Assembly (NCBI GenBank): GCA_973895155.1
Contig: OZ316893.1
Location: 13,346,359 to 13,410,358 of the forward strand
Origin: Marsupella aquatica
Taxonomy: Eukaryota; Plantae; Marchantiophyta
Direction: 5' to 3'
Length of the DNA: 64,000 nucleotides
A model generated the notes under the pieces. That model was not told where the DNA came from. It saw only the letters and a list, made by a program, of their open reading frames with translations, and did no database searches. Position numbers and translations under genes: made by a program. This document shows positions 36,393 to 49,831 of the stretch, piece by piece; within the stretch, counting starts at the first letter, position 1, and every line of letters starts with the position of its first letter.

Positions 36393-38785
36393 GATGATAT
36401 TTCAGCTACGAGAAAAGTCACCGGTTGCAAACCCTCATCCTGGGCAATGTCCGGAGACATTCAATATATATTCTCTGGGGTAAACGAGAAACAAAGCCTA
36501 AGGGTAATGAAAACTCAACTGATTATTTACGGATGATATTCAGCTCGGAGCAAAAACTCCACGAGATGCTAACCCTCGTCCTCGGCAATGTCCGGTGTCC
36601 AGAGGCATTGCGGAATACGTCCAATTCATTCATGGATCATATTCAGCTACACAATATGTCAGCGAGATGATAACCCTCATCCTGGGCGATTCCCCGACAA
36701 GAAAAAGTTTATTCATTCATGGAATATTCAGCAGAAAAGCTCAACGAGATGCTAACCCTCATCCTGGGCAACGTCGATCACAGGCATTGAAGAAACAACC
36801 CAATTCGTTCATGTATGATATTCAGCAAAACTCAACGAGATGCTAACCCCCATCCTGGGCAATGTCCGGAGGCATCGAAGACTAGCTGCGATTTATTCAT
36901 GGATAAACATTCAGCTTTAGAAAAACTCAATGAGATTTTAATCCTCGTCCTGGGCAATGTCCAAGGCATTTAAGAAAAATCCAATTTGTTAATAAATGAG
37001 ATTCAGCTATGGGCAAAAACTCAACGAGATACTAACCCTCGTCCTGGGCAGCGTCCGGAGGTATTGAAGAAAAATTATAATTCATTCATGGATAATATTC
37101 AGCTATAGAAAAACTCACCGAGATTCTAACCTTCATCCTGGGCAATGTCCGAGGCATTGAAGAAAAAATCCAAGTTATTAATGGATGAGATTCAGCTGTG
37201 GGCAAAACCTCAACGAGATGCTAACCCTCATCGTGGGGCAATGTCCGGAAGCATTGAAGAAACATCCAATTCGTTCATGGATGAGATTCAGCTACAGAAA
37301 ATCTCAACGAGATGCTTAACCCTCATCCTGGGCAATGTCCCTAGGCTTTGAGGAAAAAACGCAATTCGCTCATGGATGATATTCAGCTACGGGCAAAAAC
37401 TCAACGAGATACAAACCCTGTCCGGATGTATTGAGGAAAAAACCCAATTCGCTCATGGACGATATTCAGCTAGGGGCAAAAACTCAACGAGATGCAAATC
37501 CTCGTCCTGGGCAGTGTCCGGAGTCATTCAAGGAAAAACGCAAATTCACTCCTGTGAGATATTCTGGTAAAGGCATTAAAGGAAAAACCCAATTCGTTCA
37601 TGGATGATATGCCAGTAGGGTCAAAATCGAGGTAAATTCAACGTCATGCGAGCCCTCATCCTGGGCAATATTCGGAGGCATTTAAAAAAATAAACTCGAT
37701 TCGTTCATGGATGATATTCAGCTACAGGAAAAAGACTCAACGAGATGCTAACCCCTCATCCTGGGGCAATGTCCGGAAGCATTGAAGAAAACGTCCAATT
37801 CGTTCATGGATGAGATTCAGGCACAGAAAATCTCAACGAGATGCTTAACCCTCATCCTGGGCAATGTCCCTAGGCTTTGAACAAAAAACGCAATTCGCTC
37901 ATGGATGATATTCAGCTAGTGGCAAAAACCCAACGAGATGCAAACCCTGTCCGGATGTATTGAAGGAAAAACCCAATTCGCTCATGGACGATATTCAGCT
38001 AGGGGCAAAAACTCAACGAGATGCAAATCCTCGTCCTGGGCAGTGTCCGGAGTCATTCAAGGAAAAACGCAAATTCACTCCTGTGAGATATTCTGGTAAA
38101 GGCATTGAAGCAAAAACCCAATTCGTTCATGGATGATATGCAGCTAGGGCAAAATCGAGGTTAAAATTCAACGACATGCGAGCCCTCATCCTGGGCAATA
38201 TTCGGAGGCATTGAAGAAAATAAACTCGATTCGTTCATGGATGATATTCAGCTACAGGGAAAAAAACTCAACGAGATGCTAACCCTCATGAGCAATGTCC
38301 GGAAGCGTTGAAGAAAACGTCCAATTCGTTCATGGATGAGATTCAGCTACAGAAAATCTTAACGAGGTGCTTAACCCTCATCCTGGGCAATGTCCCTAGG
38401 CTTTGAACAAAAAAAGCAATTCGCTCATGGATGATATTCTGCTAGTGGCAAAACCTCAAGGAGATGCAAACCCTGTCCGGATGTATTGAAGAAAAAACCC
38501 ACTTCGCTCATGGACGATATTCAGCTAGGGGCAAAAACTCAACGAGATACAAATACTCGTCATGGGCAATGTCCGGAGGCATTGAAGGAAAAACCCAAAT
38601 TCATTCATGCATGATATTCTGCTAAAGACATTGAAGAAAAACCTAAATTCATTTGTGTATGATATTCTGCTAAAGGCGTGGAAGAAAAACCCAACTTCAT
38701 TAATGTATGATATCCTGCTAGAGGCATATTGTAGCAAAAAGCCGAATTCATTCATGTATGATATTCTGCTAGAGGCAAAAACTGG
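36393..38785. repeat. Satellite array with about 94-bp monomers and about 527-bp higher-order repeats
   Basis: Monomer is roughly GATATTCAGCTA..AAAACTCAACGAGATGCTAACCCTCATCCTGGGCAATGTCCGGAGGCATTGAAGAAAA.CCAATTCGTTCATG. The diagnostic variant CTAGGCTTTG occurs at 37341, 37870 and 38396. The array ends in short units of about 43 bp. Confidence 0.95.
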
Positions 38786-39517
38786 GCAGCATCCCAAGGC
38801 ACTCGGGAGACATTTCTCTGGAAACGAGAAACAAGAAAGGAACCGTAACGGTGACGAAACGAGAAAGCTTTGGGATTTGGAAAGCATGCACGACAGTACA
38901 GCACCGCAAGAGTTGAGGTGAGAATGAGAACTGATCATTGTTGTACCACTGTACTGTCTTGTGTTGGTCATGGTCTTGCCATCATGAAGGTCCGCCCCAA
39001 GCATGACTGAGACGCATTCAAGCTTAGATGACGGGGCTTTTACTACAGGCAATCACAGCTGCCGTGCCATGAGCACGCCCATGATGCTTCTTCACCAATC
39101 CTTGGCACCAGCTTATCGAAGTACTAGATTATCTTCATCATGACTGTGCATCGTTAAGCCCTCTCATGAGGGCATTGTCTGATACTTATATCCTTCAGGA
39201 TTTTTCTCTTTTATGAAAGAGAATGCTGTGCAAGTCATTTGGAGATTTATTAGATTGACACTATTTTGCATCTCTGGATGAGGCATTTTGAGATTTATTA
39301 GGTTAAATCTCAATTAACTGATCAACATGGTGCCAATTTTCAATTGATTGTCACGTCCTCAAATTACCCTCAACACCATCATCCAACCTTGGCCAAGGGC
39401 AACAGCCAACCTGGAGGGGGGCAGAGGAAAGTAAGAGATCCAACCCAAAATTGAGGGTTGGAAAGGTTGTTGTGGTTAGGGTAGAGGAAATGGATCATCA
39501 CTTGATCATGACTATTG

Positions 39518-39994
39518 TGTCACACCATTCCAGGTAGTATTGTAATGTATTGTACTAGCTAGATTCGTAGATTTAATATGTGTGTTATATGAGCCGATAA
39601 AGTTCTGTTAGGTTTGTGTGAGAGAGTAGTTCTCCGTTGTGAGACATCAAAAGGTTATCTTTCGATGTTGAGCCTTGGAGAGGGGAGCTCGTGTTATGGC
39701 TATGGTGGCTGAGAGCTTCTTCTGTGTAACGTGGATTCCTTGAGTGCAAGGCGCGTTAGCTTGACATATGTGTGTGATCGGATCGGACGGGATTGAGTGC
39801 GTATTGTTGGCGTCAATTGCTGTTTGAATTCCATTGAAAATTATTGTTGGTTTTTGAACATGTGTGAACATGAATTCCACTTGTTCTCCATTCTCTTATG
39901 TATGTGTGATGTATTGTGCTTAGTTGTGGATGTATGTGACAAACGATGTATGTTGTGTAACGATGTGTGTGCGCACAACAATTGGATTGTTTCA
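39518..39994 (+). mobile_element. Probable solo LTR (TGTCACACC start, gypsy-like), copy 1
   Basis: TGTCACACCATTCCAGGTAGTA...TTCA, with a homologous reverse-complement copy at about 49832-50181. No TSD recognised. Confidence 0.55.
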
Positions 39995-40618
39995 AGCAAA
40001 TTATAGCTCCTTTGCTTAGCCAGCAGTGGGAAAATATGAGAAACCAGTCATTAAAGTGAAAAGAGTAGTATTGTCATAAATCCAGGTTCTGAGATTTGTC
40101 CTCCAATTGTTCCTTGGCAAAAAATGTAAAATCAATTTGGGTTTATCTTCCAAGTGTGATGACATGAGGAAAAAAACCAGACATAGTAGGGGTAAAACAC
40201 TTCAAGGATAATTGTGTATTAAGAGTTCATTTGTAGCCTCATCTACCAACTCATCCATGTGCAATCTCATGTACCTCCAATGCACCACTTCATTTACAAT
40301 GATTGATTTCACCTAGTCAAATCAGGTCTTGTTCTTGCTGAGATATTGTACAGTGGGAGGGTTTTGGCTCCTATGCAAGAAAGATTTGTGACGGATGTCA
40401 TCCTCTCCATAGCTAGATACTTTAGTGTCTTCACAACATGAGAGATGACAAAGAAATTCAAATTCAAAGAGTGTGGGAGCCAAAAGTGAGAAATCTAGCC
40501 GGATGAGCTGGGATCATTGGGTGATGTACATTTTCAAGAATTTCCAATCACTTTTGACTCACCTCACACATCTATAGTCACGATGAGCTTTAGTCACGAT
40601 GAGCAATTTTATAATAAA

Positions 40619-41170
40619 CTAGCCTGATGCCCATGCGTTGCACGAAAGATTTTGAGGTGAGAGCAAGATGTCGAGGAGAGGCAAAGATGTTGAAGGCAAC
40701 GGCAAGATGTCAAGGAGAGGGCAAGATTTTGAGATGAGGCAAAAGATGTTGAGGTGAGGGCACAATGTCAAGTTGAGGAAAAGATGGGGACGTGAGAGAA
40801 AGATGTTGAGGCAAGGGCAAGATGTCAAGGAGAGCAAAGATAAGGAGGTGAGGTAAAGATGTTGAGGTGAAAAAAGGCGTTGATGAGAGAAAGAGATGTT
40901 GATGTGAGGAAAAGAAGTCAAGGTGAGAAAAGGAGGTCGAGGAGAGAAAAGATGGCAAGGTGAGAAAAAGATATAATGATGAACTATGAAAGATGTCGAG
41001 AGAAAAGATGTTGAGGGTGACGGAAAGATATTGTAGTGAGATAACGATATTAAGTTGAGAAAAAGATGTCAAGCAAGGTGAAAAAAGATGTCATGGTGAG
41101 ATAAGATGTCAATGTGATAAGAAATGGTGAGATTCATGAGAGAAAGATGTCAAAGTAAGGTAAAGTTGTT
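40619..41170 (-). mobile_element. Helitron-like 3' terminus with an internal purine-rich minisatellite
   Basis: The minus strand ends CGTGCAACGCATGGGCATCAGGCTAG|T (hairpin plus CTAG). The adjacent 500 bp or so consist of degenerate AAAGATGTTGAGGTGAG units. Confidence 0.65.
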
Positions 41171-41929
41171 GTGGTGGTGTTAAATAATAAATGCGTTTGC
41201 ACATGGAAATTGGAGTTGCAAGATAACAACCACCTATCTATTTAACCCATGGTTGTTTTTTACCCAAATTTTTCTGGCCTCCCTATTTCCCCCCTCTCCC
41301 ATCCTCTCACTTTCTTTCCTTGCTTTCCCCTCTTGCCCTCCTAGTGCCTCATCCTTCCTCCTCCCCCTTTTTCTTCCCTTTAGCACCATTAAAAAGGTTT
41401 CTTAATGAGTTAAAAAATGGGAAGAAAAGATAATTAACCTCTAAACAATTAAATCTCCTTTTTAAGAGCAAAAGCCAAAATAATTTAATGTCAATCTACT
41501 CTACTTGGGTACTTTCCCTTGGTGCTAGCTCCATGCCAAAAAGCATTATCTGGAGTCAATCTATTTTCATTTTAATGATCCATGCCAAAATGTACTCTAA
41601 ATAGACCATAAAATAATCTACTTCCATTTTAATGCTCAATGCCAAAAAGTACTATAAGCAAGCTATAGTAACAAGTATATCTACAATACTTTGTATTATA
41701 AATTATAACTAATCTTAGGTACTCATCTCACTCAATCCAAAAACCTTAAATAATTCTAAAAAATATTTGACGATTGAGCACAAACTCCTCTTTCACTTTT
41801 GTAATGGGATGGTGGACTAAAATGGGAGGATTCCTTATTCTAGTAGTAGATTTGAAGTGTATTTTGCATGAACCCCATAGATGGGGAATCCAAGCACCAC
41901 GATGAGCAGCTTTGATCAAAACAATCCAC

Positions 41930-43995
41930 CCATTTGTTGGGCCTCGGTTTACGGGTTCAGCCGGTGAAGAGTCGTGCATGGAGTCCAGCTGGGTTACCCT
42001 TTGATCTTGCGCTTCCCCCTGGGTTCTTACGTCCAGCCGATGGTCTTCGGGTCCTTGGTGTTGAACTAAGACGTCATTCGCAACGACCATAGAACCATGA
42101 CTCATTCCATGCACACGTAGTCGACACAATCTCTACGTGGTTCACCTTTTCTCCAAGGCTACGTCCACACGAACACTCAAGCTTTACTTTAAGAGTAGAC
42201 GAACACACATCCTTTCCCTCTTCCTCAAGTTGCTCTGTTACAATGAGTAAGCACCACACACCAGCGGCTTACACTAGCCCTGGTATATACAAGGTCACAC
42301 ACGACTAATCTAACCTCAGCTAAGATCCTAACTGTGGTTAGCCTAAGTGCCGTAACCTATGAGTCACAAGACTAAGAGCAATCCTTAACACTTGGCTCCC
42401 CAGTCGGTTCCGCCTCCTTTTGCTCATCTTTCATTGCTGACGCTCTACAACCTGCCTTAGCCCCTACTCCTATGCTCCCTAAGTTAACAGATTCTCAGGC
42501 AGCATTTGGGTTGTTGTTGAGATGCATTCACCCTCGTGCGTCCTATTTGGCTCGAACACATCCCCCTACCAAGGATCTTTATCTACACCTTCGAGCGTTT
42601 GATGTCTCCATTCGTGAGACTTTGGCCTCTCTTTTAGGGCCAGGTTACTTTGCTCTCATCTCCGTGGCTTCATCGACAGCTCAGTCTTCCTATTTCTCAC
42701 GGTGGTTTGGGGCTTACTTCCACTGAGCGCCTTGCACCTTTGGCCTTTTTGGGCGTGTGGGCGGCCGTCTTCTCATTGTTGGTAGATCGTTTCCTTACTG
42801 AGGATCGACCTTTTTTACTTTCATTTCTCATGGAGGTAGAGGATGGTTCCCTCCCATTTCAAGTTCATTTGCGCACGGCGCGGTCATCATTACCAGATCC
42901 TGTTCGAGCTGCGTTACCTTCATTTCAAGAGTTTTTATCCTTGGACCCCATCCGTCTTCAGGCAGACCTTATTGGGCGTATGCACGCTTTCACCCTCTCC
43001 AGCATCCTCACCAAGGCACCTGACACGGACCAAGCTCGAATTCTTTCTTCCGGAGGGAAGGGCGTAGGAGGCTGGCTTTAGGCCAATCCAGTCATTCTTC
43101 ACCTGTGGATGTTTCAGCGGAGTTTGCGACAGCCATGCGTCTTCGTATGGGCTTGCCCCACCCACTTCTTGCTGGTTTATCTCCTACTTGCACTTATGGG
43201 AAGCCTTGTGATGCCACAGGTGTCCATCTTCTTTGGTGCAGTTTGGGCGGTGAAACCATTTTTGTTCACGACGTTGTGAGAGATGCAACTCCTCAGGTTC
43301 TCTCTGGGTCTTTGGTCTGCGCACGGCGGGAGGTGGTGCTCGAGTTACCTGGTCCTCCATCACAACGGTTACGGGTGGATCTTACCATGGTCCGTGAGGG
43401 TCAACGTACTTTGGCAGATGTAGTGGCAGTGTAGTGGTGGCAAACCCATTGCGCCAAGACATCATTGGGACAACGGCAACAACGAAGGAGGCCAAATATG
43501 TTGCACGAGCTTCATCTGATAGCTTCCTGCCCATTGCTCTTGAGATCTTTGGGCGTCTCCATCATCAGTTTGACGGGCTTCTTTGCCAAGCTGCTCGGGA
43601 TGTTCACGGCCGGATGGGTCCCACCGGACCCCTGCTATCTGTTTTGACCATGTACTTTCACCAACGCATTTCAGTCACCTTACAGCGTGCTCAAGCTCGG
43701 GCCATCTATCGTCGATCTCTAACAGTGGGTGCTAGTGTGACTCCGCAGCAGCTAGCCCCCCTAGAGGACATTCCAGTCCCACTTGCCGATTTAGTTTTGA
43801 CACTTGATGTAGACCATTAGCTTTTTGTCACATTTGCTAAGAATGATGAGGACCTTGGTCCATTTGTGGTAGTTTTAGTTACTCTTTCTTGCTTTTTAGA
43901 GGTTTCCTTTTGCTCACTTCTTTTGCATTTGGTTTTGTCCACTCTGGACCTCTCTTGTTTATTCTTTTGTACTCTATTTGGCCCTTTTCTGTAAA
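41930..43995 (+). mobile_element. 5'-truncated, degenerate RLE-type (CRE-like) non-LTR retrotransposon interrupted by a solo LTR
   Basis: RT C-terminal motifs GLRVQPVKS, GLRVLG|SPVGS (split by the LTR), LLRCIHPRASYLART and LPISHGGLGL. A zinc-knuckle region RLRMGLP..C..GKPCD..HLLWC..HDVVRD is followed by the restriction-like endonuclease RVDL..ADV..KEAKY..PIALEIFG..QRISVTLQRAQA. Stops and frameshifts are present. Confidence 0.85.
42059..42390 (-). mobile_element. Copia-type solo LTR inserted in the non-LTR element
   Basis: TG...CA ends and a perfect TSD CTTGG on both sides; homologous to 47232-47562. Confidence 0.92.
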
Positions 43996-44149
43996 AAGTA
44001 TGTGTATTGAATCCAAGATGCCTCTTTGGAAATTGAGAAAATTAAATATCAACTGATTACCCAACATCTATAATATAATACTAACGTGTAGGTCTTTGTG
44101 AATATTACTTTGTTGTTTCCTTTGGGCTTGTGCTATATTTTGTATTGAG

Positions 44150-44360
44150 TGGAGGCCTTTTTCCCCTAATTCTGTCCTCACGACCTTTCTTTTGGCAAAG
44201 TGTGTCGGTGGCACTTCAGAGGGCTCACTCAGACTTTCATCATTCTTTGTAGAGCTGAGGCAGTTGGTTTTAGGACCTCTAGAAGATTTCTCTTTGGGAC
44301 CCTCCTATGCGGTTTACTCTAGAGCTCTACCAGACTTTTCAATTACCAACCGATAGGGTT
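44150..44360 (+). mobile_element. Second, more decayed 3' end of a CRE-like element
   Basis: Translates (with a frameshift) as LTTF.WQSVSVALQRA...IILCRAEAVG, paralleling LTMYFHQRISVTLQRAQARAIYRR at about 43645-43715. A T-rich tail follows. Confidence 0.55.
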
Positions 44361-44668
44361 TAAGTTCTCTTTTTGCTTCTTAGTCCTTTATTTTTGAGGG
44401 ATACCCCTTGTCTTCTTTAGCTTTCTTGGTCTTCTTGGGGTCTTTCCCTTTCCCTGGCTTTTGGTTCTTTTGCCTCTGGGCCCATGTCTTTTAGTTTGGC
44501 TGCCCTGTCTTTTTGGCAGTGTGATATACACATTGTATATTTCCTTAGTTTGGGAGTGAGATTATTCCCTGCATCTGTACTTTAGTAAATCATCAATGTA
44601 TATCGTTCATAACCTATTTTGTAGAATGAAATCATAGACTATAATTTTTTTGGCGAGTGAAATTTTAA

Positions 44669-45136
44669 TATTTAAAGTAGTGCAATGGCATCCCGATTGA
44701 TTTGCACAAGTACTCTGCAAAATATGGACTATTTTTTGTTCTAGGAAGTAGCCAAATACAACTCAGATTCTGGTTTTGCTTATATTTTTAAAAATATTGT
44801 ATACAATGAAAAGTCAGTTTTTACTTCAATATGCTAAGAATCTCCTTTAAACTTACATCCCAAAATTATTTTCAAGGTTTCATTAAACTCTTCAACTATT
44901 ACTATTTAAAGTAGTGCAATGACATCCCGATTGATTTGCACAAGTACTCTGCAAAATATGGACTATTTTTTATTCTAGGAAGTAGCCAAATACAACTCAG
45001 ATTCTGGTTTTGCTTATATTTTTAAAAATATTGTATACAATGAAAAGTCAGTTTTTACTTCAATATGCTAAGAATCTCCTTTAAACTTACATCCCAAAAT
45101 TATTTTCAAGGTTTCATTAAACTCTTCAACTATTAC
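44669..45136. repeat. Near-perfect 234-bp head-to-tail duplication
   Basis: 44669-44902 versus 44903-45136; two substitutions seen. Confidence 0.95.
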
Positions 45137-46440
45137 TGGCAGGGTGTCCATCGAGCATATCTCTCGGTGTCCTTCCCATGCATACGCATTGGTATTCAAG
45201 CTAGTGTTTGATGTTCATCAAGCAATCATCAAGCAATCGAGGTAGATCTCGTGACCCGTCAAAAAACAAAAAGATTTCTTTCGAAAGGATGGACCCACAT
45301 CCTCAAAGGAGGTGGGGAGGACAAAAGCTCCAAGAGGAATATCATAATGGGTAGTTAGCAATATCTGCCACCCCTCCCCCTCCCCTCAAGGAACTCGCAA
45401 CGAGAGTGCTGAAAGTGCATTTTTCCAGTTCAACTTAGCAAGAATCAACACTAATGAGTATTTCGGCTCAAACTCCCAAAAATGGTCGGTCATGGAAGAC
45501 TTGAAAAGTGGTCTAGGTATGGTGATACAGTAGTAGGTGGAGACTTTAGAATGGGCCAAACTTTAATTCTCATTTTGACTCACTACAGTAGCTCGAATAC
45601 CCATTCCTATGAGTTCCCTATACCCAGACTCACATGCCTTTCCATACTCGCAAGCACTTTATGTCATCATAGAAGTTACATGCTATGAATTCACTCAACC
45701 AGTAAGTTACGGACTGTAGACTTTGACTGTGAATTATAGTATAGATTTAGCAATACAAATGCCATAATTAATGAGTTTTTGCTCAGCTGTGATTTTGCTA
45801 AAGAAACTCTTTTTAATTAAGATAACTATGTTTGTTGACTATGAGCATTCGATCAAGTTCCCACTCAAGAGAAGTTCCTATAAGAATCTTGTAGATACGC
45901 AGTAGCTCCTTATCAAGCGCTGACAACTCCCATTATATTGCCAACAAGTGCATAAAAGGATGCAAAGTTTTTACTCATTAAGATAGTATTGTTTGTTGAC
46001 AACCAGTTTCCAGTTGCTGGTGAAAAGAAACAAGCACCAAGAGCTGATCAAAGACCTAAAAAAAAAAGCTCTTGAGAAAACAGTGAACGAGAACCTAGAG
46101 CTGAACAAGAAACTTGGAGTGCAAGTGTATAAAAAATCAAGATCCAACTTAATATTGGAAGAGAAGATTTACCTCTTGAAAAATGATTCTTACCCATTTT
46201 TCTTCCTTTAAGTCTAATTGGAAAATCCAGTTCCATAATAACAGGATTGTTCATCACATTTTCCCACTTTTGTAGCTACATGGATTTTGGTGATTTATGG
46301 GTGTTTGGTTTTAGGCAAGGCCAGTTGAAAAGTCTACCCAGGTTGTTATATGATACAAATTGTATGTCCTTTTTGTTTGGAAATTTTCTTTGCCCTCTCG
46401 TTTCCCTAACACATGGCTGTCTCCCCTGTCACCCTTTGTT

Positions 46441-46485
46441 TCTCCTTGCTTGCCGGCAGGGAGAAACTGCCGGCAAGCAAGGAGA
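46441..46485. other. Perfect 19-bp-stem hairpin
   Basis: TCTCCTTGCTTGCCGGCAG-ggagaaa-CTGCCGGCAAGCAAGGAGA. Confidence 0.9.
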
Positions 46486-47231
46486 CAATACTCGTTGTTT
46501 CTCAATGCACACATAGGGACTGACAACACTAGTGTCTCTACACAGCCCCCACTTCACTCCCAATTACAGTACTTTGTGTGGATGTTGGGTTATATGGCCA
46601 CAGACCTAGGATTAAATTATAAGAGATAATCTTAATGAGGTCCCCCCCCCCCGCGCCCCTTGGAATCTGATCTTCTTGTGACTCATCATATTTGACCTAC
46701 AGTAAGAATTTCAATGGACCAGCCAAATACATCCCCAAACAGTTGTTGAGCCATTTTTTGCTTCCATTCAGCCACTCCACATAGTTATTTGTCCTCAGAA
46801 GAAGAGAGGACAACCCTGGGCATCCCAACAACCAAACTTGGCATGGCTCAAGTGGAAAGTTATTGTCAAGTATCATTTGATTTTGGGTGTTGGATAGGGT
46901 TGGAGAAACCTGTCACAATGACATTCATACACTTCTTCTTTGTCCTGAGTGAGGGCCCCTTTGGTGTGAGGATGTCAAGAAGCTTTTCATACTAAGAATT
47001 CCTCTCCACAGATTGTCACCTTTGTAAAATGTATAGTGTTTGGATGTGCGGATTACTCCAAAGCTTATGTGTTAAACACAAACACCAAATTTAAAACATG
47101 AGATCCATTTTTTACCCTGTTTTGCTAGGTCTAATATTAGTTGGTATTACCAGAGCACACGTACAATTCAATGCTTGCTGCATTTTGTTTTGGGTTGCTA
47201 ATGTCCATTAGAGTTCTGGACAACGCTAGAT

Positions 47232-47562
47232 TGTTAAGGATTGTTCTTAGTCTTGTGACTCAAAGGTTGCGACACTTAGGTTAACCTCAGTTAGGGACTT
47301 AGCTGAGGTTAGGTGAGTCGTGTGTGACCTTGCATATAACAGGGCTAGTGTAAGCCGCTGGTATGTGGTGTTTGCTCATTGTAATGGAGCAACTTGAGGA
47401 AGAGAGAGAGCTTGTGTGTTCGACTACTCTGAAGTAAAATTGGAGTGTTTGTGTGGACGTAGCCTTAGAGAAGAGGTGAACCACGTATGGATTGTGTCGA
47501 CTACATGTGCATGGTATGAGTTATGATTATATCGTCATGAAGGAAGACATCATACTTCAACA
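47232..47562 (+). mobile_element. Copia-type solo LTR
   Basis: TGTTAAGGATTG...CTTCAACA with TSD TAGAT/TAAAT (4 of 5); same family as 42059-42390. Confidence 0.85.
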
Positions 47563-49831
47563 TAAATGCCATGGGGGCTTGGTATTCCTAACGCCAGATG
47601 TGGCAATCTAATTTCAAACCTTGAAAATATGAAGGGCAACAAGACTGCTCAAGTAGAAATAATCACCAGTCCAAATTTTGGTGAGTGTTCCTAGACTCCC
47701 AATGCCAGTCCCAAATCGCAAGTATGGTGTAAATATCAAATTAACTACCCTTGCCCTGTACATCTTACAATATTGTCAGTATATGATGCTTAGTATAATT
47801 GTTTTCTGACATAAGTGAGACCCCTAGGCAATTGAATGTTGTTGGGAGTCAATGATTTGATCTGGCCACTGGATTTCAAGGAGTGACAGGTTTGTCAAGG
47901 ATATGTAAACCTTGGCGATCTTAGGCCCACCTTACAGTTAGAAGAAAATGAAATCAAAACCAAATGGTTATGGAGATTTCTCCTCTCAGTAACATTTCCA
48001 AAAACCCACTATATAACAATCTTCCAAAAAACAAAAACTAGGAGACACTATCCCCCACAGGACAAAGACTGACCCAAGACAATTTATAATGTTTAGATTA
48101 AGATAAGGTGTTGAAAAATGTACAAACTACAACGATCTCTAGCGTGGATGCACTTAACTCCATACAGTATCACCCCGTAAAGTGCACATCAAAATTATTG
48201 CCACAAACACGAAAAAACCCGTCTGCTACTATCGCAAACAGGATAAAGAGACTCTGCAGGAGGTGACCAAATCAATTGGGGCGTAGGCACACGCGGACTA
48301 TTGTCCCGTCAAATTCATCTGGCGAAGAAACTAGCCCGACCAGATTGTGATGTGGCGGGGCCTTTTTTGGCGGTATCACACGTGATGGGATCCAATGCCG
48401 TGCTACGCTTAATTTGGCGGGTTGGCGCATCGTCCACCTTCCGCCCTCCGTAGACAGGATATGACCGGCGTCCTGACTCCGGCGGCAGGCGAGACGAGTA
48501 AGTTACCTTACCGTGCGGTTTGCCGATTGGTTTCTCATCAGGCACTCACAGTACCGTTTTGCGGGAATACGAGTCGCCGAAAAAGGGCGGTAGCGTGACG
48601 GAGAGCTCCACAGCCGCAAGTTGGTTTACGTCCGGCTGGTTTGCGGCGCTGTTTGGGTAACTGGTTCGAACCACGACTCGGCTGACACCTGTACAGGAAC
48701 CGTGATTTTCCACAATGAGCAAACTTTACAGCAGTGGTTTATCACACAATAAAATAAGGGGAAATTTTAAAGCCACAGTCCACTGCCACATGTAAACGCG
48801 CCATGGCTGTGGTTTTTAATAAAGTAACTTTTTTTTGGATAAATAAGAAAAAAGACGGAACTACACTACAAAGTGAAGTGCTTAGACTGCCGACCTTTTG
48901 AGAAACAAACACTTTACAGCAACAGTTTTTAATCGTTGTAAGAAACGATAAAAAAAAGGGTATGGAGTTCGATCCACATGTTAGCTGCCACATGTAAACA
49001 CATCATGGTTTCTCTTTCAAATAATATTTTATTTATTCTAGAGGACAGCAAGGGCTATAAAAATGGAGTTTGTGACGCCAACGCCTTATTTGTGTCTTCA
49101 ATAGTTGACGAAGAGTAACAACCTTTCTATGCTTCCTCCCTTTTGCAAAAATGATACTCCCATGGACCACAAGGTTGGTCTTTAAAAACCTCCATAGACC
49201 GCATTTCTCCAAAATTTGAGTTTGATTACAATAACTTGATGTTAGTAACTTCAAATTGTTTTAGGTTTTGAGTATGTGCTAGAGTAATAGGTAAGCTACA
49301 CTTCCATGAAAGTGACAGTGATTTTGGTGATTTTGGTTAAGTGAGGGGTAAATTCTATTAGAAATCTTTGGGATTGTGTTTTCTAAGGCTCCCCCTTCTC
49401 TAGTTGTGCAGATTCAAAACTATTTTTTTAAGGACTCATAATCATCAAGTTATAAGCCCAAAACTCCCATGGACCACAAAAATGTTGCCCACGAGAGCAC
49501 TACGCCCAACATGGCGTGCCATTTTGATCCTAATCGGAAAAAGACACCATAAGACAGATAACAACTTTGGTTTGGCTATCTTACTTTCCAGACAATAACC
49601 TAAATATTGTATGCACGTGGATTGCTTCAAATTCACAATGAGACCCTTTCCTTTACAGCCCCACTACTAAGAGTGACCAAGTAAATTAGAAAACAAGACA
49701 GCTAAAAATTGAAGTTGCCATAGTCTAGAAGGAAGAAAATGCTAGATGAACTACTACAATTGGCATGGGTTGCTTTAAAATGCTATCTTTCATTCAAATA
49801 GCATGTGTCCTTTACAAAAGTTCTCACCCCA

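Noticed and set aside
36393-38785. CRISPR-like repeat-spacer appearance
   Set aside because: The sequences between conserved cores are homologous to each other rather than unique spacers. There are no cas genes and the context is eukaryotic.
38525-39052. 175-aa ORF with SRISY repeats
   Set aside because: Mostly antisense translation of the satellite tail.
40619-41072. Leu/Ser-rich ORFs
   Set aside because: Translations of the purine-rich minisatellite.
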